Below, piece by piece: positions 50,564-59,692 of a DNA stretch of 64,000 nucleotides (the stretch's first letter is position 1; every line of letters begins with the position of its first letter). The notes under the pieces were generated by a model. That model saw only the letters and a list, made by a program, of their open reading frames with translations. It ran no database searches and was not told where the DNA came from. The stretch covers positions 64,001 to 128,000 of the forward strand of contig JAWAJB010000001.1 of assembly GCA_038888155.1 (NCBI GenBank), given 5' to 3'. The translations under genes and the position numbers were made by a program. The stretch is from Desulfurococcaceae archaeon. Lineage in GTDB: Archaea; Thermoproteota; Thermoprotei_A; Sulfolobales; Desulfurococcaceae.

Positions 50564-52320
50564 TATGATTGATATAAATCTTCGTGCTTAATTAGCTTAA
50601 TGGATACCTCTCCGTTTACGTAGTCAACTATGATTTCGGGTGCGCCATATATTAAGTTGTGTTTCATAGCAAGCATATCTTGGTACGAGCCCGTATCTAG
50701 GAATGCTACGTAATAATTTTCGCCTCGAGTAGGCAAGTGCAACGGAACACCGCGCAATTTCAGTTTAACACCGGGCAATAGTATGAGCTTGTTGTCCATT
50801 GTTGTAAATAGCGGAGAGTCTCCAGGCGATGTGTTTCCTGGGCTGATATATAGCGATATTTCGCCCATGCTGTCACATGTTAAGTCGCTAAGAGATGCTA
50901 AAACGCTGGGCTGTTCATCTAGCCTCTGAACGGGGACGACTTGGAAGTATTGATCTACAAGAACAGCATCAGGTATGTCAGCAAATATAGACATGTTCAG
51001 TATAAAGCGCTTAGTAGGAGTTGTAAGCACCTTGAGTATCCTTTTGTCGGCGAGGAGCTCCTCAGTATTAGTTTTGCCATTTACTAAGAGCTCTGCTATT
51101 TTTGTCGAGAGGTCTTCTCGCAATATCGCTACGAGGTTTTCGTATAACTCTCTTTTGCCATTATCAAATCCATGAGATTCAGCCCTCATTCTGCTGAGCG
51201 AGGCTTCCAAGTGATCTAGCAATTTCTTCACGTCTTCGATGTTATTTATATCCTTTGTAATCTCCTGCGAGTAAGTTGGGGTATGAACTGCAGAATAAGG
51301 CCTAACATCTATGACTTTAGCTACTACAATTCGGTGAGATGTCACTATAAATCTACCTCCCTCGTAAATTATATCGGGAGGATGCTCCATGTCCCTAAAT
51401 TGATTTATCAACTCTCTGTAGTAATCTACTATAGTGTAATCGGGTGATTCCTCATCACCATCGCGGATATCTAGGTAGGGATATCCCATTCCCCCTCCTG
51501 GGTCAATCGAGGAAATTTTCTCAAAGCCTGCGCTTTTGAGTTGATCATAAACGTTTCTTACTTCGTCGAAATAATTCTTGATATCTTTTAATTTATATAT
51601 TTGTGAACCTGGATGCATGTGAAGAAGTGTTGCCCGGTCGAGAATCCACTTGAACTCCTCCTTTAACCTAGCGATAGTGTTCGTTGTTAGCCCAAATTTT
51701 CCCCCGACTCCAATTGAACCTGACCACTTACCGTGCATTTTAACTAATGGTTTTACGCGTATACCTACTTCAAGTTGAGGGTACCTAGAAATAATCTCGG
51801 CTTCGCTCAAGCTTTCTATATCAACTATGACTCTCCATCCAATTCTATGGAGCTTCAGAAGCTCTTCTATCGCATTGTCGGTTACCACGCCATCGTACAC
51901 GAGGGTTCTGGGGGAGTATTTGACGGCGATTCCCTGTAAGAGTCTTACCTCTCCAATAGAACCTGCATTAAAGCCCCAGTTGTACTCTTCCCCGAACCTC
52001 ATAATAGACTCTATAACCATAGGAACGGAGTTGACTTTCATTGGAAATATTGGTGTAAAACGTCCATGAAAATTCATTGCATTGGAGACTAACTTGAATG
52101 CTTCATGAGTTATTGCCATAGATCTCTTGATCGCCGGAAGCACCCTAATGTAGGCTACATCTAGATTATGCATATCCATTATTTCCTTTAATCTGATCTT
52201 ATGTCCGTTTAGTACCAGAGCAAGGTACCCTTCATTATCAACTGCCAATATTTCTCCGCGAGCGTAGTTTTCAATCCCATATATCCTTCTACTCAAATCA
52301 ATATTCCAATTTCTATTCAT
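50554..52320 (-). CDS. speA: PLP-dependent biosynthetic arginine decarboxylase (SpeA-like, fold type III)
   Basis: YGIENY, FPMKVN (PLP Lys), GIRVK..GKW..S.G.GGKFGL, LHMHPGSQI, DPGGGMG, EGGRF, NMSIFADIPD, DLTCDSMG, GSYQDML.MKHNL. Confidence 0.82.
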   Translation of the reverse strand: MNRNWNIDLSRRIYGIENYARGEILAVDNEGYLALVLNGHKIRLKEIMDMHNLDVAYIRVLPAIKRSMAITHEAFKLVSNAMNFHGRFTPIFPMKVNSVPMVIESIMRFGEEYNWGFNAGSIGEVRLLQGIAVKYSPRTLVYDGVVTDNAIEELLKLHRIGWRVIVDIESLSEAEIISRYPQLEVGIRVKPLVKMHGKWSGSIGVGGKFGLTTNTIARLKEEFKWILDRATLLHMHPGSQIYKLKDIKNYFDEVRNVYDQLKSAGFEKISSIDPGGGMGYPYLDIRDGDEESPDYTIVDYYRELINQFRDMEHPPDIIYEGGRFIVTSHRIVVAKVIDVRPYSAVHTPTYSQEITKDINNIEDVKKLLDHLEASLSRMRAESHGFDNGKRELYENLVAILREDLSTKIAELLVNGKTNTEELLADKRILKVLTTPTKRFILNMSIFADIPDAVLVDQYFQVVPVQRLDEQPSVLASLSDLTCDSMGEISLYISPGNTSPGDSPLFTTMDNKLILLPGVKLKLRGVPLHLPTRGENYYVAFLDTGSYQDMLAMKHNLIYGAPEIIVDYVNGEVSIKLIKHEDLYQSYHL

Positions 52321-52630
52321 TTCCTTTTTGGCCCTAGTTATTGCATGTTTTTCACTTAGTATTAAATAGTTTAAAAGGATTATTTCTATCGGATTTAAAC
52401 TGATTTAATAGTTCTTGTTTCGCCAAAGCAATAGTGCCCATAAGTTTTCACTCATGTAGGCTTTAAGTGGTTATCCCCGATTTCAGTCCTGCATATTAAT
52501 GCCCAGCAAGGTTTTTCCGGGTTTTTTAGGGAGATAGTACAACTAAACTCCCGCACTTTGTCCATTATTCTCGCTTTACTAAATTTTTAGTTAGACTGGT
52601 TGAAAACGAGATATGCCTTGCTGTTTGCGA

Positions 52631-52690
52631 GAGCGGGGTCAATCGGTCCGTGATTCGGTCACCGCTCGGCTAGGGGGTTGTCTTCATCCC
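52631..52690 (-). ncRNA. Candidate box C/D sRNA or other structured RNA
   Basis: Minus strand reads GGG ATGAAGA caacccccTAG CCGA gcg GTGACCGA atcacggaccga TTGA CCCC: C/D'/C'/D-like boxes, 11-12 nt guides, GGG/CCC terminal stem; GC-rich island in an AT-rich spacer. Confidence 0.5.
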
Positions 52691-52742
52691 TTTATTAAAT
52701 TTTCTTTTTCGGGGTATTAATAATTAAAACCTGAAAATGTGA

Positions 52743-53447
52743 CTACTGATTGATCCTCTTAATCTTCTTCTCTGCTCTTTTAAGTACTTCTAGTATTTCT
52801 TCGTTGGGAACGTATCCAGGTATAAAGTCAATTGGATTTGCACCGTATGTGTTGTACTCCTCTATTCTATTAACAGCAACGAAGGGAACGTACTGAACAA
52901 AATATTTGTCTGCCTCAATAGGATTTTCAAACGCCTCAATCGTTTCGACTAATATGTTGCTGTTAATTAAACCAACCTGATTAAGGAAGTCGACAACTAC
53001 AGAACAATATGGACATTCGGGTGTCACAAACACCTTGATATGTAGGGGCGTCTCTATGGACTCTATTTCCTCTGCAATATTTCGGGAGAGCTTAACGCCT
53101 TCGGATATATACTCGTGAGTAAATATGAATGGTGCAAATTCCTGTCCGCTAGGGAGGCCGTAAAATCGCACGTTTTTTGCTCTAGTGTCGTATATAAACG
53201 CAGGTAAATATCTGGGTCTGTACAAACTGCTATTCTTGTTGTCCAGTATCTCAAAAGCTAGCCGTCCTTCGGTGATCCGAGTAAGCTCGAGCGCTAACTG
53301 CTTGGCCTCCGGACATGTCTTACACTTCCCTGATATACCTGGATGCTCTAAAGAATCAAGCACCAACGAGTCTTTCAGGCTTTTCTTGAAGCTATTAAAT
53401 AGCTTTCTCAGCTCATTCGCTGTTTCCTCGTCGAATAAACCACTCAC
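52743..53447 (-). CDS. pdo: Protein disulfide oxidoreductase (two thioredoxin domains)
   Basis: CKTC and FVTPECPYC, FYGLPSGQEF; GTG 53447 follows GGAGGTGA (track start 53537). Confidence 0.88.
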   Translation of the reverse strand: MSGLFDEETANELRKLFNSFKKSLKDSLVLDSLEHPGISGKCKTCPEAKQLALELTRITEGRLAFEILDNKNSSLYRPRYLPAFIYDTRAKNVRFYGLPSGQEFAPFIFTHEYISEGVKLSRNIAEEIESIETPLHIKVFVTPECPYCSVVVDFLNQVGLINSNILVETIEAFENPIEADKYFVQYVPFVAVNRIEEYNTYGANPIDFIPGYVPNEEILEVLKRAEKKIKRINQ

Positions 53448-53504
53448 ACACTTCACCTCCAATGGATTTAGGTAAAAAATAAAGCCCTTAAAAATAAGTT
53501 TCAA

Positions 53505-54281
53505 ATGAAGGAGAGCGCTTTGAGGAAAACGCTTCAACAGAAATTTCTAGAGATCCTGCGCGAAAATCCAGGCGTATCGCTTAAAGATGCTACCAGGATG
53601 CTAAATACTGATGTAAATACGCTTAAAAAAACAGCTTACAGGCTTAGATCGCTAGGCTACGTTGAGCGGGCTGGAAATGCCTATATTTTAACGGAGAGGG
53701 GATCAAAATACCTAGAGTACTTAGAGCGTGTAAATGTGAGCTTGGCAGGGGATGAAAGACGAGAAGAGGTCGAGAAAATATCTCCTAAAACTACACCATC
53801 AAACCTCTTTGTGATCAAAGAGAATAGCCGCAATGAAGTGGAGCGCGCAGATAAAGGCACAGAGGAAGAGCGTCGAGAGGATGTATTAAACTCTTTGAGA
53901 AATCTCATAGAGAAATTAACAAACTTGGAAGAACGCGTGAAAGACTTGGAAGAGTCTATTAAGAGCATCGAAAAGGCTATCGAATCACTTCGTGGGAAAA
54001 AGCAGGAGAAACGCAATTTAGAGCACCCCGTTATGCTATACAATGATGCGGTCTCGAAATATGGAGCTGTTGTTGACAGATTGCTCGCCGAGAATAGGCT
54101 TCTTAGGATTGGCTCACTTGTTGTTGATATGGGTTTTTACTCTGATTTTAAGTCTAGGTTTCCTATAAAGGTAGCCGATGTAGACAAGTTATCGCAGTAC
54201 CACAGAGTACTACTCGAAGAAATGAGAAAAGAGGCATTGGTAATACTACATGGAGGTAAGGAGTACAGGTTGGTTGAGTGA
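53505..54281 (+). CDS. Winged-helix protein with central coiled coil
   Basis: N-terminal wHTH (LEILRENPG..AYRLRSLGYV..YILTERG), charged linker, heptad repeats (LTNLEERVKDLEESIKSIEKAIESL). Confidence 0.75.
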   Translation: MKESALRKTLQQKFLEILRENPGVSLKDATRMLNTDVNTLKKTAYRLRSLGYVERAGNAYILTERGSKYLEYLERVNVSLAGDERREEVEKISPKTTPSNLFVIKENSRNEVERADKGTEEERREDVLNSLRNLIEKLTNLEERVKDLEESIKSIEKAIESLRGKKQEKRNLEHPVMLYNDAVSKYGAVVDRLLAENRLLRIGSLVVDMGFYSDFKSRFPIKVADVDKLSQYHRVLLEEMRKEALVILHGGKEYRLVE

Positions 54282-54347
54282 CGAATTTTTCCTGCGTAAT
54301 TGATAGTGTGCCCTAAAATCGATTTAGTTAAGAGCTATTCTGTGAAG

Positions 54348-55436
54348 CTAGTCCTCTGATTCTTCATAGCCTAACGTAATCACGGGCGCGTATTTCTCTG
54401 GACAGGTGACTCCATCGGGACACCCTTTTCCATGCCTAATGGGATTACTTAACCTACTTACTAGAACTATTCTACTGGGAATAGACTCTCCCAAGAGAGA
54501 GTAGCCAGTTAAACTTGCGAGGTTCTTTGCGAATTCACGTACATCTTGGTGTGTAGGTGTATTGTTTATTGAGAGGCGGCCCTTGCTTCTGCCCAAATGC
54601 ATGTAGGCTTTTACCTCAACGTAGTGTGGATTACCCTTTTCAATAAACTTAGCAAAGCTATCGAGTGCTTCTTTATGATCATTAAAGCCTTTAACTAGCG
54701 TAATTCTGAAAACTACAGGTGAATTAAATCCCCTCACGTAGTCTATGGTCTCCTGAAAGAGCTCCCACGCCCTTGGGACCATTGGCCTATCGAAGTACTC
54801 GTACGAGTCCTTGCTCCACGCTTCAATACTAATGTATAATTGGCTCGGCTCTTTTTCAAGGTTCTTCAAGATGTCAGGTCTTGTGCCATGAGTAACAAGA
54901 AATGTGGTTAAACCTCTCTTGTGGTACTCTCCAATGAGGTCGCCCAAATTTGGGTAAAGCAGCGGTTCTCCAGCTAAGCTTATAGCTACATGCTTTGGTT
55001 CCATAGCTTCTTTGACCAAATTCTGGTCCGCTCTGCGATTTCCCTTGAAGCCTGAAACTATCTGTTTATATGCATGAATGCTCTCGTCCACAATAACGCG
55101 AGGATCATCTACGATTGGGGGCCTAGTGTCGTCCCAGTGCATTCCTATGTCCTCAGGTTGAATCCTCCAACAGTGTAGACACCTATTCCAACACCAAACA
55201 ACAACAGGTGTCATCTGAATACATCTATGGCTTTCGATGCCGTACCATAAACACTTATAGCAGAACCTATGGCGCAAAAAAGCCTCTTTAGTCCAGTGAC
55301 ATCTCTTTACAGCACCGATCGTCCCAATAATGTGGTATCCCTGTTTAATGAGCCTCTCGTAAATGACCTTAAAGGCTGGGCTACTGTTCCAGAACTCTTC
55401 CCTCTTGCGCTTAACTTCTTCAAGGTCTAAGGCCAT
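54348..55436 (-). CDS. taw1: 4-demethylwyosine synthase (radical SAM, Tyw1/Taw1)
   Basis: AVKRCHWT, CYK..YGIESHRC.QMTP, CWNRCLHCWR, HVAISLAGEP, EVKAYM..G.S. Confidence 0.95.
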   Translation of the reverse strand: MALDLEEVKRKREEFWNSSPAFKVIYERLIKQGYHIIGTIGAVKRCHWTKEAFLRHRFCYKCLWYGIESHRCIQMTPVVVWCWNRCLHCWRIQPEDIGMHWDDTRPPIVDDPRVIVDESIHAYKQIVSGFKGNRRADQNLVKEAMEPKHVAISLAGEPLLYPNLGDLIGEYHKRGLTTFLVTHGTRPDILKNLEKEPSQLYISIEAWSKDSYEYFDRPMVPRAWELFQETIDYVRGFNSPVVFRITLVKGFNDHKEALDSFAKFIEKGNPHYVEVKAYMHLGRSKGRLSINNTPTHQDVREFAKNLASLTGYSLLGESIPSRIVLVSRLSNPIRHGKGCPDGVTCPEKYAPVITLGYEESED

Positions 55437-55528
55437 TAAAAAGACCTCGTAGAGTATATTCGTATTAGTCTTAATAAAATAAAAGCGTGAGGATAACTTA
55501 TAACTGCCTTCACCGATATTTAGCTACA

Positions 55529-55577
55529 GTGATGAGCGAACCCGTGGCGGACAGATGAAGATGGTTGGCGTTACTGA
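55529..55577 (+). ncRNA. Box C/D methylation-guide sRNA
   Basis: GTGATGA (C, 55529-35), 12-nt guide GCGAACCCGTGG, CGGA (D'), ATGAAGA (C'), 12-nt guide TGGTTGGCGTTA, CTGA (D, 55574-77): canonical archaeal spacing. Confidence 0.8.
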
Positions 55578-55588
55578 GGCTGAAACAC

Positions 55589-56119
55589 TTGCCCAAGCTA
55601 TATAGAGTACGTAGTAGCCTAGGAGTAGACATCGAGCTCGAAATCCTCGAGAGAAGCAAAGACACTTTAGTCTTCAAGGATACAAGGACGGGCAGCCTGT
55701 ACAAAGTTCAAATAAAAAAGGCCAATGGAGGCAAATATATCATAAATGTCAATGGTACAGATCATATAGTTTATTCCAGCGAGGAAACGGGCGTGTTTAT
55801 AGACTTCGCTACACCCTTAATTACAGAAGTTATCTCAGAAACCATTCGGGGAAAGGAAAAAGAGACTGAGGAAATAAAAGAAAAGCAAAAAACTTTGGAC
55901 CCTGCCGTTCTTTATTCCCCCATTTCTGGGAGAGTGCTTGAGATAAAAGTAAAACCTGGAACAACTGTAAAACTGGGGGATACAGTAATATTAATGGAGT
56001 CCATGAAAATGATCATAGAGGTAAAATCTCACCTATCTGGTATAATAGAGGAAATATATGTGAACCCAGGCATAGCAGTGAGGCGAGGAGATAGGCTCCT
56101 CAAAGTGAAGCCCTCATAG
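55589..56119 (+). CDS. accB: Biotin carboxyl carrier protein
   Basis: SPISGRV, V..GD, MESMKM biotinylation site, SG.I..I.V..G..V..GD.L; TTG 55589 follows GAGG (track start 55565). Confidence 0.9.
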   Translation: MPKLYRVRSSLGVDIELEILERSKDTLVFKDTRTGSLYKVQIKKANGGKYIINVNGTDHIVYSSEETGVFIDFATPLITEVISETIRGKEKETEEIKEKQKTLDPAVLYSPISGRVLEIKVKPGTTVKLGDTVILMESMKMIIEVKSHLSGIIEEIYVNPGIAVRRGDRLLKVKPS

Positions 56120-57670
56120 CGGTATATTTGAGTGCTTTCTAAGCGGGGGAACATCAACTCTTTTTTCGGAGAGCACAGCTAACGAATCGTAGAGCTTCTT
56201 CCTCGTTGTGGCCATATCTATGATATCATCTACGTAGCCGAGCTCAGCTGCCCTAAACGGGTTTGCAAATAGTTCTCTGTATTCCTTGAGCTTTTCCTTG
56301 AATAGTGATTCGGGGTCTGAAGACTTCTCCAATTCCCTCCTGTATAATATTCTTACTGCTCCTTCGGGTCCCATTACAGCTATCTCGGCAGTGGGCCAAG
56401 CGTAATTGATATCGCTTCCAAGCGAGAGGCTACCCATAGCTATATAAGCTCCTCCGTACGCTTTTCTCATTATAATAGTTATCTTTGGGACAGTTGCCTC
56501 GGCATAAGCGTGTAGAACTTTTGCGCCGTGTTTTATTATACCACCGTGTTCTTGGTCAATTCCAGGCATGAAGCCCGGAGTATCAACTAGGGTTACTATG
56601 GGTAAGTTAAATGAATCGCAAAATCTCACGAACCTAGATATTTTGTTACTTGAGTCTATATCTATCACGCCAGCATTTACTTCAGGCTGATTTGAGACAA
56701 TACAAACAGAGTATCCGCCAATTCTTCCGAAGCCAACAACTGCTGTTTTCGCATAATTCGCGTGCACTTCTAAGAAATCGCCGTTGTCAACAATAGATCT
56801 AATTACTTTTTTCACATCAAAGGGCTTCATTGGATCTGTTGGAACGATTTCGTACAGCTCGTCTAGCTTCCGCTCAACCGGATCATTTGTTGGAACAAAT
56901 GGGGGCTCCTCTGTATTGTTGCTGGGCAGGTAAGAAAGGATTTTCCTTGCAATAGCAAATGCTTCTTCTTCGGTTTCAGCTATAAAGTGGGCCACTCCGC
57001 TAACGGAGCCGTGGACGTCAGATCCCCCCAGTTGTTCAAATGTAACACTTACTCCTGTGGCCGCTTTCACAACTTCAGGTCCTGTGATGAACATGTATGC
57101 TCCTTTAACAATTATTACGAAGTCCATAAGTGCAGGACTATAGGCAGCTGCACCAGCACAGGGACCTAGTATGATCGCTATTTGCGGTATTACGCCGCTT
57201 GCCTTAACGTTAGCGTAGAATATTTTACCGCACCCGCTTAATGACGCAACCCCCTCTTGTATTCTTGCCCCTCCTGAATCGTACAGCCCAATGACGGGTG
57301 CCCCCATCTGTACGGCCTGCTCAATTATTTTTGCTACTTTTTCGCCGTGGGATTCGCCTATACTGCCGCCGAGGACAGTGAAGTCTTGCCCATATATGTA
57401 TACAAGTCTTCCATCTATTTTTCCATATCCAACTAATACTCCGTCTCCATAAAATTTCTGCTTATCTAGCCCAAAATGAGTGGACCTATGCACTCTCATC
57501 CACTGAAACTCGACAAAGGAGTCTGGATCGAGTAGCCTCGCTACTCTTTCTCTAACCCATAGTTTACCTCGTTGCCTGAGCTGTTCTATTTTATCCTTTC
57601 CTCCTCCGAGATATGATAACTCTCTGTACTTCTCCACGCTATTCAATAATTCTTCATGCGAGGACATCAT
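56114..57670 (-). CDS. Acyl-CoA carboxylase carboxyltransferase subunit (PccB/MmdA family)
   Basis: LLDPDSF, QDFTVLGGS, DSGGARIQEG, GPCAGAAAYSPA, MFITGP, FVRFCD, DTPGF, RKAYGGAY, AVMGPEGA, KHSNIPL. Confidence 0.93.
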   Translation of the reverse strand: MMSSHEELLNSVEKYRELSYLGGGKDKIEQLRQRGKLWVRERVARLLDPDSFVEFQWMRVHRSTHFGLDKQKFYGDGVLVGYGKIDGRLVYIYGQDFTVLGGSIGESHGEKVAKIIEQAVQMGAPVIGLYDSGGARIQEGVASLSGCGKIFYANVKASGVIPQIAIILGPCAGAAAYSPALMDFVIIVKGAYMFITGPEVVKAATGVSVTFEQLGGSDVHGSVSGVAHFIAETEEEAFAIARKILSYLPSNNTEEPPFVPTNDPVERKLDELYEIVPTDPMKPFDVKKVIRSIVDNGDFLEVHANYAKTAVVGFGRIGGYSVCIVSNQPEVNAGVIDIDSSNKISRFVRFCDSFNLPIVTLVDTPGFMPGIDQEHGGIIKHGAKVLHAYAEATVPKITIIMRKAYGGAYIAMGSLSLGSDINYAWPTAEIAVMGPEGAVRILYRRELEKSSDPESLFKEKLKEYRELFANPFRAAELGYVDDIIDMATTRKKLYDSLAVLSEKRVDVPPLRKHSNIPL

Positions 57671-58842
57671 TTAACCCTTTTGAATATAGCTATTGAAGTG
57701 GTTGTGCCAATGCCACCGATATTGTGCACTAAAGCAATTTCTGGGTCACTTGCTTTGTACCCAGGGAAATCTCCTCTCAGTTGCATCGCTGACTCTACAG
57801 CCTGGTAGATCCCTGTTGCACCAACGGGATGGCCTCTAGCCTTTAATCCGCCGCTGAAATTTATCTCTGGGCTATCCCCCTTCTGAAATTTGCCGTCTTT
57901 AAATAGTTTTGGTGCTGATCCCTTGGGCGCGAAACCTAAGTCCTCAATAGAGGTGTATGCCGTTATATGAAAGGCGTCGTGTAGCTCAACATAGTCTATA
58001 TCTTTAACAGTTAATCCGGCTTTACTTAGCGCCTCCCTAGATGCCTTTACGGTGGAGCTTAGCGTAATTAAGTCGTTCCTCGAAGAAAGATCTACACTAT
58101 CCGTTGAAACTGCAACGCTAGCCATCTCAACTAGGGTTTCTTTCTTAGCTAGCTTGGCAATCTCTCTAGCTTTTTCTTCACCCCGCACTAACAAGATCAC
58201 AGATGCGCCATCGCCAAGCGGCGAGGAGTGAAACAGCTTAATAGGATCCGCTATAATAGGGCTACTCATTATCTCATCAATAGTTGTTTTCCTGGGTAAC
58301 TGAGCATATGGGTTGTAGCTAGCGTACTCGTGCATTTTTAAAGGCCACAGGGAGAGATCCTCCTCGCTGTATCCAAATAAATGCATGTAGAGTCTCGCAA
58401 TCATTGCATTTAACCCCGTGAATGTGGCGCCGTAAAATAATTCAAAGTCTGCGTCTGCAGCTTGAGCTAGTGCCTTTGTAGCCACCTCTGATATGCCCTC
58501 AGTTAGTTTTTCAACGCCCCCCACGGCAACAACGTCTACTAATCCAGACTTCACCAACGCATACCCGGCGTATAAAGCTACGCCCCCGCTTCCGCACGCC
58601 GCTTCGACCTTAAATGCAGGTAGGCCGCGGAAACCCGCGTAGTCAGCTAAGAGGGAGCCGAGGTTGTCTTGCCTCATTAGCACACTTGAAGTCATATTAC
58701 CTACGACTATTGCCTGTGGTTTCAATCCACCAGAGTCCTCTATTGCTTTCCATAGGGCCTCGGAGAATAGTTCCTTGGCATGTTTCTCGTAAAACCTTCC
58801 AACCTTAGTTAGCCCAACACCAACAACGAATATCCGTTCCAC
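57667..58842 (-). CDS. Thiolase (archaeal/SCP2-type acetyl-CoA acyltransferase)
   Basis: VEAACGSGG, GGVEK, NPYAQ, ELHDAF, SGGLKARGHPVGATG, HNIGG; GTG 58842 follows AGGTG; ATGA overlap with the carboxyltransferase. Confidence 0.92.
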   Translation of the reverse strand: MERIFVVGVGLTKVGRFYEKHAKELFSEALWKAIEDSGGLKPQAIVVGNMTSSVLMRQDNLGSLLADYAGFRGLPAFKVEAACGSGGVALYAGYALVKSGLVDVVAVGGVEKLTEGISEVATKALAQAADADFELFYGATFTGLNAMIARLYMHLFGYSEEDLSLWPLKMHEYASYNPYAQLPRKTTIDEIMSSPIIADPIKLFHSSPLGDGASVILLVRGEEKAREIAKLAKKETLVEMASVAVSTDSVDLSSRNDLITLSSTVKASREALSKAGLTVKDIDYVELHDAFHITAYTSIEDLGFAPKGSAPKLFKDGKFQKGDSPEINFSGGLKARGHPVGATGIYQAVESAMQLRGDFPGYKASDPEIALVHNIGGIGTTTSIAIFKRVK

Positions 58843-58942
58843 AGAAAAACACCTGAAATATACTACCATAAGCGAGGTATAAAAATCGGTTACAGCCTTG
58901 ACTCTATTTTAGTGCAATTGGCCCACCCAACTGATAATTAAG

Positions 58943-59692
58943 GTGGTGATGTTCTCTTTGGAAGCGATTATAAATGAACTGAAAAATTTCATACACGAAA
59001 TCCAAAGCGAGGACATTAGAGACTTAGTTGAAGGCTTGATAAACGAGCCTCTTTTAACTTTTACCGATGCCAAACCAGTTATTAAATTAGAGGATTCGCC
59101 TGCTGCCCCCAGAAAGCATCATTTCTTTACAGGGGGATTGATATTGCACACGTACTCAGTTGTGAACATTTCCTTATCGTTAGCCGAGATATTAAATGAG
59201 GTTTACGGATTAAAAGTAAATAGAGATATTGTAATAGCCGTAGCCATTTTGCACGACATATTTAAGTACTATCAATATGAACCGGACTATGTTAACGGAG
59301 GATATAAGATAAGAGAGGATTGGTTTCTAGGGCATGACTACGCCGTTGTCGCTGAACTATCTAGGAGAAACGCCCCAGAAAAGCTCATAAGGGCTATCTC
59401 GGAAGTGCATGGACAAGCTCCATTTACAACTACAGAGGGGCTTATAGTTCACCTCGCTGATAGCATTGACGCAAGGATAGTGGAGATATTGCAAAACACT
59501 CTACTATCTCGAGCTAAAGAATATGAGAGAGATTGTCCAGTTCATAAGGCTCTTAACAAGCTAATTGCAGAGATCGGCTTACAGCGTGTAATGATTTACC
59601 TATTTAATGAAACAAGCAATCTAAAGCAGACGATTAAGGAGGTATGCAACAATATTACACAAGTAGAAAAAAGATCTGCGGCTAGCTCGTAG
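58943..59692 (+). CDS. HD-domain phosphohydrolase (YhaM-like HD domain, no OB fold)
   Basis: PAAPRKHH..GGLILHT, ILHDIFK, GH, VHG, EGLIVHLADSIDA. Confidence 0.85.
   Translation: MVMFSLEAIINELKNFIHEIQSEDIRDLVEGLINEPLLTFTDAKPVIKLEDSPAAPRKHHFFTGGLILHTYSVVNISLSLAEILNEVYGLKVNRDIVIAVAILHDIFKYYQYEPDYVNGGYKIREDWFLGHDYAVVAELSRRNAPEKLIRAISEVHGQAPFTTTEGLIVHLADSIDARIVEILQNTLLSRAKEYERDCPVHKALNKLIAEIGLQRVMIYLFNETSNLKQTIKEVCNNITQVEKRSAASS

Noticed and set aside
52660-52695. Resemblance to a fluoride riboswitch start (GGGATG...CCC)
   Set aside because: No downstream segment can form the pseudoknot, and no fluoride-related gene follows.
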